Assembly: GCF_044704955.1 (NCBI RefSeq)
Contig: NC_091989.1
Span: 86,056,001-86,120,000 of the forward strand
Origin: Pristiophorus japonicus
Taxonomy: Eukaryota
Reading direction: 5' to 3'
Length of the DNA stretch: 64,000 bases
The translations under genes were made by a program, and so were the position numbers. The stretch's first letter is position 1; each line of letters begins with the position of its first letter. A model generated the notes under the pieces. The model ran no database searches. It was not told where the DNA came from and saw only the letters and a list, made by a program, of their open reading frames with translations. Shown here piece by piece: positions 25,701 to 37,249 of this stretch.

Positions 25701-28294
25701 CACCTTGTGGTGAATTGGTCGTGCCTCTGGAACCAAGTGGATCCGCACTTTCACCGCAGAAATGTTTTCAATACCTGGCTCAAAAATGGAACAAATTTGT
25801 TAAGAACCTGGGTACATGAGGCCTCACTGACATGTGATAGCGCTCGGATGTCATCCCAGTTCCAGCGGATTTTGCCCAGACAACTTTTTCCAAGCAGTGT
25901 GGGGCTATCGCCCGGGACAATCCAGAGTGGCAGTTCATGCACCGTGCCCTCGTAGGTGACCTTGACCATGGCACTGCCCAGGACAATGATAAGCTATTTG
26001 GTGTACATTCTCAGTTTCGTGTGGATGGGGCTCAGGGCTGGTCTGAGTGACTTGTAGCACCACAGTCTCTCAAACATCTTTTTACTCATGATGGATTGGC
26101 TTGCGCCAGTATGCAGTTCCATGGCTATGGGTAAGCCATTCAATTTTACATTGAGCATTTTTGATGGACATTTCGTGTACTTCAGCATCTGCATCTTCTC
26201 TCTGAGACTCGAAATTGCTTTGATCCACCATGGACCGATCTTCCTCTGCCACGTGGTGGTTAGGTTTTGCAGAGCTTGCAGCTCACCTGCAAGCTCATTG
26301 GAGGTGCCCCATTGTTCCACAGCTCTTGCAAACATACCCTTTGAAGGGGCATGAATAGGCTGAATGGAAGCCTTCACAACGCCAACAAGGTGTGAATTGC
26401 CTTGCATTCATCCTTTGCTGCGGACTCTGAGTCATCTGGGTCACCTGAGGCCTGCTGGCAGTTGCAGACTCGTGGTTTCTGCCCTGTACATTTCTGCTCG
26501 CAAACACAGTTCCAGTTAATTTACGAACATTGCTAGCACTTCTGTGTTGAGATATTTGTTTGGTGTTATCACTGGTGAACATAAACGCCTGTGCTATCGT
26601 AATCGCCTTACTTAGGGTTGGTGTCTCTACAGTCAAATGTTTTCAGAGGATGGTCTCGTGGCCAATGCCCAGTACAAAAATGTCTCTGAGCATTTGCTCC
26701 ATGTAGCCATAAAACTCATATTGTCCTGCAAGTCGCTTTAGCTCGGCGACGTAGCTCACCACTTCCTGACCTTCAGATCGCTGGCACGTGTAGAACCGAT
26801 ACCTCGCCTTCAGCACGCTCGCCCTTGGGTTAAGATGCTCCTGAACCAGTGTACACAGCTCCTCATACGACTTATCTGTGGGTTTCACCGGAGCCAGAAG
26901 ATTCTTCATGATGCTGTAGGTCGGTGCCCCGCAGACCATGAAGAGGACCGCTCTCCTTTTTGCAGCGCTTCCTTCTCCATCCAGCTCGTTGGCTACAAAG
27001 TACTGATCTAGCCGTTCAACATAGGCTTCCCAGTCCTCACCCTCTGACAACTTCTCCAGGATGCCCACAGTTTGCTGCATCTTTGCGTTGGTTTCGCATA
27101 CTCGTTGCCAGTTATTATGTTCCTAACACAGATGACACTGCACACAGGGAGGTTAAAATAACGGTGACCTCAGTCTTTATTAAGACACTCCAGAGTGAGG
27201 AAATGGCCTTAGGGACCGGCTTATATAGAAACATAGAAGATAGGTGCAGGAGTAGGCCATTCGGCCCTTCGAACCTGCACCGCCATTCAATTAGTTCATG
27301 GCTGAACATATAACTTCAGGACCCCATTCCTACTTTCTCGCCATACCCCTTGAGCCCCCTAGTAGTAAGGACTACATCTAACTCCTTTTTGAATAGATTT
27401 AGTGAATTGGCCTCAACAACTTTCTGTGGTAGCGAATTCCACAGGTTCACCATTCTCTGAGTGAAGATGTTTCTCCTCATCTCGGTCCTAAATGGCTTAC
27501 CCCTTATCCTTAGACTGTGACCCCTGGTTCTGGACTTCCCCAACATTGGGAACATTCTTCCTGGATCGAACCTATCTAAACCGGTCAGAATTTTAAATGT
27601 TACGATGAGATCGCCTCTCATTCTTCTGAACTCCAGTGCATGCAAGCCCAGTTGATCCAATCTTTCTTGATATGTCAGTCCCGCCATCCCGGAAATCAGT
27701 CTGGTGAACCTTCGCTGCACTCCCGCAATAGCAAGAATGTCCTTCCTCGAGTTAGGAGACCAAAACTATACACAATACTCCAGGTGTTGCCTCACCAAGG
27801 CCCTTTACAACTGTAGTAACACCTCCCTGCCCCTGTACTCAAATCCCCTCGCTATGAAGGCCAACATGCCATTTGCTTTCTTAACCGCCTGCTGCACCTG
27901 CATGCCAACCTTCAATGACTGATGTACCATGACACCCAGGTCTCGTTGCACCTCCCCTTTTCCTAATCTGCCACCATTCAGATAATAGTCTGTCTCTCTA
28001 TTTTTAACACCAAAGTGGATAACCACACATTTATCCACATTATAGTTCATCTGCCATGCATTTTCCCACTCACCTAACCTATCCAAGTCAGTCTGCAGCC
28101 TCATAGCATCCTCCTCGCAGCTCACACTGCCACCCAACTTAGTGTCATCCGCAAATTTGGAGATACTACATTTAATCCCCTCGTCCAAATCATTAATGTA
28201 CAATGTATATAGTGCTCCCAAGGGATGCTGGGATCCCTTGGGACTTCAAGGGAAGCACTCCCTGGTGGCAGAACATGGGAGTTCATGCTTTACC
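22777..28294 (-). mobile_element. Full-length decayed Gypsy (Mag-like) element B
   Basis: 3' LTR 22777-22980 next to a PPT; gag with CWRC..H..C knuckle, PR, RT VVFQDD, RNase H CDASSYG, IN DYAGP/DNGP; PBS 27101-27110; 5' LTR 27113-28294 split by CR1; TSD GGTTT at 22772-22776 and 28295-28299. Confidence 0.95.
27227..28205 (-). mobile_element. CR1 3' fragment inserted at the TATA box of the Gypsy B 5' LTR
   Basis: YINDLDEG..KFADD..LWNSLP on -; TATATA on both flanks. Confidence 0.9.
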
Positions 28295-28650
28295 GGTTTT
28301 CCTTAATTTTACTAGCCAAGAATTTCTCGCGCTTTCTCTTAGCATTCCTAATATCCTTTTTAATTTTGCTTCTTAATTTTCTATATTTCTCCAAAGATTC
28401 TATAGTATTTAGTCGTTAGTATATGACGTAAGCATCCAAATTTTCTTTATGCTCCCCTGTAAGTCCCTAGAATTATTATTCCCAACCTTTTTTGTTAAGG
28501 GCGCATGTTTGGCCTGAGCCATCCGGATCTCCTACTTGAATGCCTCCCACTGTTCCGACACTGATTTACCCACAAGTAGCTGTTTCCAGTCCACTGTGGC
28601 CAAATCACTCCTTAACTTAACAAAATTAGCTTTTCCCCAATTCTGGACTT

Positions 28651-30005
28651 CCGTCCCTTTGAAAACTGCCGTCATCACCTACTCCTAAACAAAGCACCCA
28701 TGATCACTCTGTCTTTTCAAAATACCACATCAGCCCCAAACACCCTTTCCTCTACAAAGTCCCTCAATATGTTGTCGCCTGCTAAACCTGTGTCATTTTT
28801 CCCGCAACTCTATGTATAAAGCTCAAGAATCAGATTTCCACCTTTCCTATAGCACAGAAACGGCGCTAATCAAAGTCACAATTGACATCCCATTTGAGTG
28901 TGACCGTGGAGCACTATCCATTCTTCTTCTCCATCTCTCTGAGACTTTGGCAGAGCCGAACAGGTCATCATCCTTCAGCTTATCTTCTCCATTGCCCAGC
29001 TGAATGGGACTGCTCTGTACTGGTCCCACTTTTAATTATCCATTCACTACAGGAGAATCTCATCAGGAGTCCTGCAAGGATCGATCATTGCCCCCCTCCT
29101 ATTTTTATCTGCATGCTGTCTCTCGGCGACATCATCCAGAGACATGGCTGTAGGTTCCACATATACACTGACGACATCCAGCTCTCTCTCATCACCACCT
29201 CTGTCCAACTCTCCACTGGTTGTGTATTGTAAGCCTGCTTGTCTGACATAAAGTCCTGGATGAAACTCAATTTGTTCCAATTGAACATTCGGAAGACACA
29301 AGCCATTGAATTAGTCCCCGGCCACAAAACCTGTTCTCTAGCTGTCCATGCCATACCTCTCGCTGGCCACTGTCTCGAGCTGTACCAGACTCTGGCCATC
29401 ACTGGCATCTTAATTGAACTTGAGTTGAGCTTCCGATCACAAAGTCTGCGGACTTCCACCTTCGTAAAATTGCCCGAATCTACCCGTGCCTCAGCTCATC
29501 TGATGCTAAAACCCACATCCATGCCTTTGTTACTTCCACACTCGACTACTCCAATGTCTCCAATCTTTCATCTTCCACACACTTGAGCGCATCTGCTGCC
29601 CTTATCCCAACACTCCAAATCTCACTCATCCACCATTTCTGTGCTCGCAGACCTCATTAGCTCCCGGTCCACCATCACCTCAAATGCAAAATTACCATCT
29701 TCATGTTCAGGTGACCCCATTGCCTCGCCCGTCTCTATCTCTGTTACCTGCTGCAGCCCAAAATCCGTGATAACCCTGCTTTCCTCCAACTATCCTGGCC
29801 TCTTCTCCACCCATCACTCCCTTGCACCACCAGTTGCGATCGTACCTTCCCTCGCCTAGGCGCTAAGCTCTCGAACTCCATCCCTAATACTCAACACATC
29901 TGTCTTCACATTTAAGATCCTCCTTAAAGCCCAGCTCTTTGTCAAAGCTATTAATCACTCCTCGTGCGATTTCCTATGTTAAAGGCGCTATATAAATCCA
30001 AATGT
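28651..30005 (+). mobile_element. L2-type LINE, 3' portion
   Basis: STETALIKV and FHIYTDDIQL; tail AAAGGCGCTATATAAAT. Confidence 0.8.
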
Positions 30006-30659
30006 TGCATTCGGTCTGCCTTTTTGTTTCCTGAATATTAGGGCTGACTGTATCATCTCCGGAAAGACTCGGAAACCAGTCGCAACCCGAATTAGTTTTT
30101 TACAAATAGGTTACACCTTCGAATCTGTTTGTAAATGGCGACTAAACCTGAAGAACCAGATGTTAGAATTAGTGTTTCGACTCAAGTTAATAATCTCTAC
30201 GAGCGCGCTTGGTGTCCCGAGAGACCATTAAAGGGGGGGGGGGGCATTCTCTTCAGTCGCTGTGCACTTGCCTCGGTGCAAAGAGGCTAGTGTAATGAAC
30301 AATGCCATTGTCTGCCCGATTTAACCCTCCATAACGCCGGCTATCTGGGCCAATTGTAGCAAACCATCAAAACTCAGGTCAGTCAACTCAGAAAGAATAG
30401 GGTTCGAACCGGCGAGCTTCTGCTCTGTGCGCCTCAGTACTTCATCCGGCGATGCATCGGGGCCTGGCGAAAGATTCAGATACAGGCCACATTCACTGCA
30501 CCTGCACATATATATTGGTAACAGATATATTGGACAGCTAAGTTAAGAGTTGTTGCAATGCGGAATCGTTCACGTGTTGCAAGAAACATTCCATTTTCTC
30601 TTGGCCACCAATGAGACCTGGGCCACTGTAACTTTCAACGAGTTGTCATACCGATGTTC

Positions 30660-30829
30660 ACAGATGTAGCATAAAAGCGAAACCGGTGCATTGAAGCTGC
30701 CGCCTCAGACATCCTGTGAAGCGCTTTATTGCAGCATCCAGGTGAACCTCACATCACCCCATCCCAGCACCATTCAGTGTTTCCCGCTGACCTGCAAACA
30801 ACAGTTCGAGTTTATTACCATTACTCAGA
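30660..30829 (+). promoter_or_regulatory. Putative proximal promoter of the Ig-superfamily gene
   Basis: Unique sequence upstream of the leader ATG with E-boxes CAGATG (30661) and CAGGTG (30739), TATA-like CATAAAA (30670) and ETS-like ACAGGATGT on - (30709-30717). The motifs are short and could be chance. Confidence 0.25.
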
Positions 30830-30884
30830 ATGTCTGTATTTGATGTGCTGTTGCACCTCTCAGCCCTGGGCATTATTTACACAG
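30830..30884 (+). CDS. Exon 1 (leader peptide) of VJ-C1-TM Ig-superfamily receptor
   Basis: ATG at 30830 gives MSVFDVLLHLSALGIIYT+g (55 nt, hydrophobic), ending at phase-1 donor ACAG|GTTTCT. A 202-nt intron precedes the V exon, the classic Ig leader arrangement. Confidence 0.8.
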
Positions 30885-31086
30885 GTTTCTATATTTATAC
30901 CTGTCTGATAAATAGCATAGTGTGAATAAAAACTCAATGAGCTGTGTAGAAGTCACTTCTGTGCAATGTTCATTGTACAATTTCCTCATTTTCTTTCGTA
31001 CTATTTCTGCCGCATTATTTCCTCCCTTTTAATCCCCCTGATCAGTATCACTGCCTGTAACCCGTGTTTGTGTTTATTTCTGACAG

Positions 31087-31407
31087 TTACTGACGTGACC
31101 TCTGTCCCGGTGCTTCAGATACCCCAACGTGTGACGCAGTTGAAAGGTAGAAATGTATCCATATATTGTTCTTCGACGATTTTCGATCCCAACGAAATTG
31201 TAGATGTTTATTGGCGGAGAGCCGGTCAGGACGGCGCTTTGGATCCGACTGCAGACAACAGGAAAACAATGATACCTTTCAGGCAAGGATCTGCGGAGTT
31301 GCACCTGCAGAATGTGATTTTACAGGACTCCGGGGTCTATTATTGCAGCGTGAGAGACGGGAGAGAAAAGCTTTACAACGGGAATGGGACGGAGCTTATT
31401 GTACATG
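31087..31407 (+). CDS. Exon 2: single-exon V-type Ig domain with germline-joined J-like G strand (NKp30/NCR3-like VJ domain)
   Basis: Acceptor tttatttctgacAG|, donor |GTGAGT, 321 nt, phase 1/1. Motifs: VSIYC (B-strand Cys), VYWRR (C-strand Trp), LHLQNVILQDSGVYYC (DxGxYxC), GNGTELIV (GxGTxLxV). Lies within ORF 30966..31421. Confidence 0.93.
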
Positions 31408-34334
31408 GTGAGTCTTACTGAGGGGGTAATGGGCCAACGTATGATCATACAGCTGTAGGTCAGACGATATTTAATAAATCAGCAGCCAGGCATGTTGTCT
31501 CAGTTCGGTTCGGAGTAGTTACATTCCCTCCTATTTGTAGTGTATCCTGGCAGTTCACACCCAGCCGCACCGGTCACCCAACACGGGACATTCAAATTCA
31601 GATTGTCTGATTCAACAATTATCGAAAATTAAAAAGAGTCTGAATGGAATATAGCCTAGCAAAACATCATTCAATCCTATTTTCACAAAAGTTCCCTACT
31701 CGACCCCATTCATATCGGCACTCCGAACTCGAAAGACTATTTCCCAGAGCCTGGCGACTCAAACCTGGGGATACTACAGTAACAATCAGAAACTATTAGC
31801 AAATAGATGCAAGCTTTGCAGACAGACAGATAAATGACGTGTAGCAAAGCAAACCAAGAGCTAGCTAATAATGATTCCGCGGGACATAGAGGAGCGGCGG
31901 AATAAACACTGAACAACACGTTACTGCTTATAATCCTAGATTTTATTTCACTAATGTTGGATCTAATTTAGTCTGACAGATGTCATTACTTAGATACTAG
32001 ATTTTATTTGCACTGACGTAGATTTGCTTACATGGAGCGATATATTTACTCCGAGTATAGATTTGACTTACACGGAGAGATTTATTTATGCTGATTATAG
32101 ATTGAATTTCGTCTCGTATCCTGCTGAAGAAGCGACTAAGCGTTTCTGCGCTCTTCCCTCGGTAAGTCAGTGTAATCAATGTCCGGGCACGCAGGAGCAG
32201 TGAGAGATATTGTAGAACTCTGCAGGATTATTGATTATTGCGGGGGGGGGGGGGTACACGGGAAGCACGTTATCCAAACTGTGCATCCGTTCCAAATATA
32301 AGAGACCTGCTTAGTAAAAAGCTCGACATTTAAAATGGGTAATTGTATAATCGATAGCAGAGGGTAAGAGGGGAGATTATGAGGATCTTGATAGTTGGGG
32401 GTAGGGTTTTCAAGCATTGGATAAGGAACATTTCCATGAAACAGAACTAAATCGCGTGCCACGCGGCTGATGCCTGGGTCATCTTCTGTTACTTCTCGGT
32501 CTATGTCACCAATACTGTTGTCTGGGCACCTTTTATCAACCCGGTTCCAGTCACAAACTTTTTTTTGTCGGTTACAGTGTAAATCCTATCCTCTGTCTCT
32601 CGCTGGAAGTTCAGGCGTGGAATCCGACAATCGGAGGGATAATGGGTCAGTGTTTTTAACCAGCACCTTCTCTGCTGGTGAGAATAGGTGTCAGATGTTA
32701 TTCGCTCTCAGACTTTCTCTGTGTGAAGATTGCGGCGGGATTAGACATACTCCGATATTTAAATCTTACCTTTTGTTCCACAGCGATGCAAATTGAACAA
32801 TGGGGTCCCGAGTTGGATTAAATTCCAATTTGCCTTTTAACAAGCCGTTGACTGGGCCATACTCACAGGTGTGCGTGTTATATTGAGTGTTCCATAAGAG
32901 AAAGGACATTACAAGAAAGTGCAAGGCGAATTCGTTGCGACGAACCCAGGGTATAGTGAAGATGGTTATGATGGGCGACTTGATAAAGCGGCCGATGTTC
33001 TGTCGAGTTGAGAAAGGTCGAGGGAGTCTCATTCGAAGAGCTTTGAGGAGAGTTTTGAGAGTTTTGAGAGGCTATATCCACTGATTACATTAACTGCAAC
33101 AAGGGGTCATAAACTTAGTATCAGCTCTAGAAACAGAACATATTTCACTCAACGATGTATGGAAAATATCGGCACAAGAGGCTATTGAAGGGAATTGGGC
33201 AGACGGTTTACCGGGAAATTAGACATAAAGAAAAATGCGTGGGAGGGGGCAGGGGAAAATATTGGGCAGAGAGCAGGGAGCGAGACTGTAGTGTGCCTGC
33301 TTCGCTGCCTCCTACCGTGTTTACAGGTTTAAGAATTCACTGGAAAATAAGGAGGACAATTGAGTTGTTCGCGGAGAAATTGAGCGAGGCACGGTACCCA
33401 GTTCAGTCCGATCAAAGCGCGGGTCAAACATGGGCCGTTTCAGAGGTTCAGATTTCTGCCCACAATCCCGTCCCTCAAGGCTCGCTGCCGGGAGCGCTGA
33501 CTCCTGCAGGTATTTGTTCCCTAGATGTGACCGAAACAATCTCTGACACTGCAGGATTATCCCCTTATCCGTCATATTTGTGAGCTGGTCATTTTTACAT
33601 TAATTTTCCCTCTCCACCCCTCGGCACTTTGTGCCTGAACACGAGCGAAGAGTTGAAATAATCCCCGCGGATCGATGCTGGGGGTGAGGATCTGAGCATT
33701 ATCCGGGAATGAAGCAAGTGGGTCAGCTCAGCTAGTCGGCAGCGGTATTCCTGTCAGACTCAGACAACTCCCACGCCCGCACACAGACACCCGGTAGATT
33801 TGGACTTTGTGTGATAGTGTAAAACCGGTGATAGCGAATCGCCAGCCCGTTTTGCAGCTCTCCCGACCTTTAGTTGTTGGAAAATCAGGAGAGATGTAAA
33901 ACAGGAGGCCGATTTGCGAACCCGGTTTACATTATTGCACAAAGTCAAGATCTAATCCCATTATACTTCTCTCTGTTGTCTCCCTGTTAGTGACACTAAA
34001 TGCTAGTTAAAATCCCCGGAGCACAATCACGGCGATCCACCTGCAGAAGGCAACAGCGGGAGCTTCAGAGGCCCGCTGGACGGGGTCTGTTTAATTCGGA
34101 CTTTAATTGGTTTCAGTGCATTTGTGTCATCGGATCATGGATAAAGACACGAACGAAAGAAATATTGCAGTTTACTGTTTTAAACAAACCGAGCGTCCGT
34201 TATTAATATCAATATGGCGATGAAAAAAAAGCCTCTTAAAGAGACACTGCCCTGCAGCTTTCTGACGGCTGCAGCTTCCCATCTCCACTGCAATGTAAGA
34301 ATAACGATGTCAACACATTCTTTGTCCTTTCCAG

Positions 34335-34615
34335 TGCCGCCAACCCCTGTGAAGGCGACCTGCCTGCCCTCTCGGACCCTCACACTCCTCTGTACAACAG
34401 CTGGGTTTTTCCCGGAGGAGTTTACCCTCACTTGGTATAAAACTGGCATGAAAATTACATCTGGGATAAACACGACGGAAAGACGGAGCGAGCAGGGATT
34501 ACATCAGGTTTCAAGCTCCCTCAACCCTATGGAGAGCGGGTCGGAGTATATCTGTGAAGTGTCCCATCTCATCTCTGGGCTCCAGCCGACGGCAGCTATA
34601 CGGTTCGTGATCCGA
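34335..34615 (+). CDS. Exon 3: C1-set Ig constant domain (apparent 1-nt frameshift near 34570)
   Basis: Acceptor tttgtcctttccAG|, donor |GTAAGA. LTLLCTTAGFFPEEFTLTWYK (CxxxGFxPxxxxxxW) and YICEVSH (YxCxVxH) are C1 signatures. Length is 281 nt, not 3n. Confidence 0.88.
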
Positions 34616-34759
34616 GTAAGAGGCTCAGATTCTCAATACTGCCCTGACCTGTATCGGATATAGCGACACGTCACGGGCTTTCTGACCCCTTTAATCGTTA
34701 ACCAGATCATTCTCAATGGAGGGAGTGTGAATGGAGTTATTGAGCTCATTGCGGTGTCA

Positions 34760-36760
34760 AAAACCTTTTGACGATGGGCCGGACAACATATCACTCAGTA
34801 ACATGGCGTGGGTTGTGTTTAGAGGGCAGATCCTGATTTGAATAGGAAATCGTTTGCATTCTCATAGATAGAGGGTTGCTGATAATGGCAGTGAATCCAT
34901 GTGGATGCCCGCTATTAGTTTGATCCGATAGGGATCGGTGTAGGGCCGTTATTCTTCATTGACTTATATCAATGATCTGGAGGAAGGTGCCGCAAGTTCA
35001 CTGATGATGCAAATATCTGTGCCAGTGTCAGAACCTTTGATGAGCAAAAACGTAGATTATACTCCGATCTAGAGGGGGGAATGGGCTTGTATCTGACAGC
35101 TTACATTCAGGTGGATATACGAAGTGCAATACATGTGGGTAGGGCTAATGGCAGGTATGTGTATAGTAGTCCGGGTGCTGAAATAAACTATGCTGAGCAG
35201 TAAAGAGACCTAGGTGTTATCTAAAGATCGATGGCCACGGCCCAGAGGCAATAGCCAAGACAATAGACAAGTGGGGTTTATAGCAAAAACCAACCAATAC
35301 CAACAAACTGGGCTCGAATCTCCTTGACTTTGTCAGCCCTCATCGCTAACACTGTGTTCAATTCTGGTCCCTCATATGGTCAGAGAGATAGAGGCACTGG
35401 GAAACGGAACAGTGGAGAGCCACTCGATCGATAACTAATTTAATCACCCTTGGGTATCACGATAGGCTCAAAGATCTGGCTATTTCTACTTTAGAAAAGC
35501 ATAGATTTCGGTGGATTGAATTGAACGACGATAGGGCTAGACTGTGTAAGCGTGGATAGGGTGTTTGAATTGGACAAATTAGGGAGAAGGACGGGCCACA
35601 GATACATGTCATGTACGCACAGAACTATTTAGATTTCAGGAGTTCTGTCTTCTCCCATGAGGTCGCTGGCCTTTGGAATTAATCAAAGACTCGCGCAGTG
35701 AATGTGCTTTCGCTGCAAATGTTTAAAAGGAGCTGGACGAGTTCCTTGAGGAGATTAGTATCATACAATCATAGAGCACAGAAGTAGGCCATTCGGCCCA
35801 TTGTATTGAAGTCTCTCAACACTGGTACGATTCTAGTAAATGTCTTCACTGTCCTCTCTAAGGCCTTGACATTCTTCCTAAAGAGTGGTGGTGTCCAGAT
35901 GAGACCTAACTAGTGTTCTATTAAGGTTTACCATAACATCCTTGCTTTTGTACGCTATTCCTCCATTAATTAAGCCAGGGATTCTATGTATTTTTTAACA
36001 ACCTTCTCAGCTTGTCCTGTCAACATGAAATGTTTGTGCACATACAGCTCCAGGCTTCTCTATTCTGCCATCCCTTTAAGATTCTACCATTTATTTCATA
36101 TTGCCTGTCCTCAGTCCTCCTAATAAAATATATCATTTCACATTTCACTGCGATAAATTTCATACGCCACGTGTCTGCCCATTTTATCAGTCTGGCTAGG
36201 CACTCTTAAAGTCTGTTGGTAGCCTGCTAATTGTTCAGTATATTTCCCTGATCTGCGTGAGAGGTCCAGATTCTGAGAATCTAACTGTATCTGTGTTATG
36301 GATAGGAGCCTGTCAGGGGCCACCTGTCACCAATAATCCGCACAAGAACATTCTCAATGCAGCGAGTGTGTAAGCGGTGACAGTGCTCATTAAATCTCAA
36401 AAAGATTTCGACTTTGACCCTGTAACTGAAGATCCGGAGACATTTATAACGGGCAGCGGAATCCTTATCGCCACCAAAAAGACCTGAATGACATTCAGCA
36501 TTTGGACTGATAAGTAGCAACTAGCATTCGCGCTACACGAGTGCCAGGCAATACCATATCCAACAACAGAGTCTAACCACTGCCTCTTGATATTCAATGG
36601 CATTACCATCGCCGAATTCCCCATCATAAACATTCTGGAGGTCACCATTGATAAGAAACGGAACTCGACCAGCCACATAAACACTGTGGCCTCAAGAGTA
36701 GGTCAGAGGCTGAGTATTCTGTGGCGAGTGCCTCACATCCTGACTCCCCAATGGAGTGAT
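34760..36760. mobile_element. Cluster of old CR1-type fragments in intron 3 (+ 34760-35750, - 35760-36200, + 36490-36760)
   Basis: Decayed YINDLEEG/KFTDD and CR1 3' motifs; boundaries approximate. Confidence 0.6.
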
Positions 36761-36974
36761 ATAGCTGAGATTAGTTGTTGACCCCGTCAGAGAGTCTAAT
36801 CTACAGAGGGGCTGAGGAGCCTATGTGAAGACCGAGGGGCCAGAAATTTAAACTGTTTATATATACGTTAATTTCAGTATCTACCTATGTTCTAATCCCA
36901 CTAAAGTTAATGTAAATAAACTGAAATGAACCCTAAAACACACAGCCCTTGTATCCAAGCCATTCTCTGCCATC

Positions 36975-37240
36975 AGTTCTCTCTCTCTCTCTCTTTCTGT
37001 CTATCGCTCCCTCTATCTTTCTCTCTTTCTCCCTCTCTATGTGTGTATATGTCTTTTTCAGTTTCAGTCTTAGCCTTGCTCTTTGGTCATGTCTATGTCC
37101 CTCTCTCTGTCTATGTACGTCTGTCTGTGTATGTCTCTCTCGCTTGGTCCGTGTGTCTCTCTAACCTCCACACTCTATTTCTGTCTCTCTTTCTTTTTCT
37201 CTATCTCTGTTTGTCTCTATCTATCTTTTTCGACCCTCTT
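36975..37240. repeat. CT/TCTG-rich low-complexity tract
   Basis: Degenerate (CT)n/(GTCT)n runs. Confidence 0.8.
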
Positions 37241-37249
37241 TCATTAACA

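Noticed and set aside
30330-30440. tRNA gene (GGTTCGAACC B-box)
   Set aside because: No cloverleaf; more consistent with a decayed tRNA-derived SINE, with a similar remnant at about 40600-40720.
30966-31086. N-terminal extension of ORF 30966..31421 as the signal peptide
   Set aside because: It is intron 1 polypyrimidine sequence; a proper phase-1 leader exon exists at 30830-30884.
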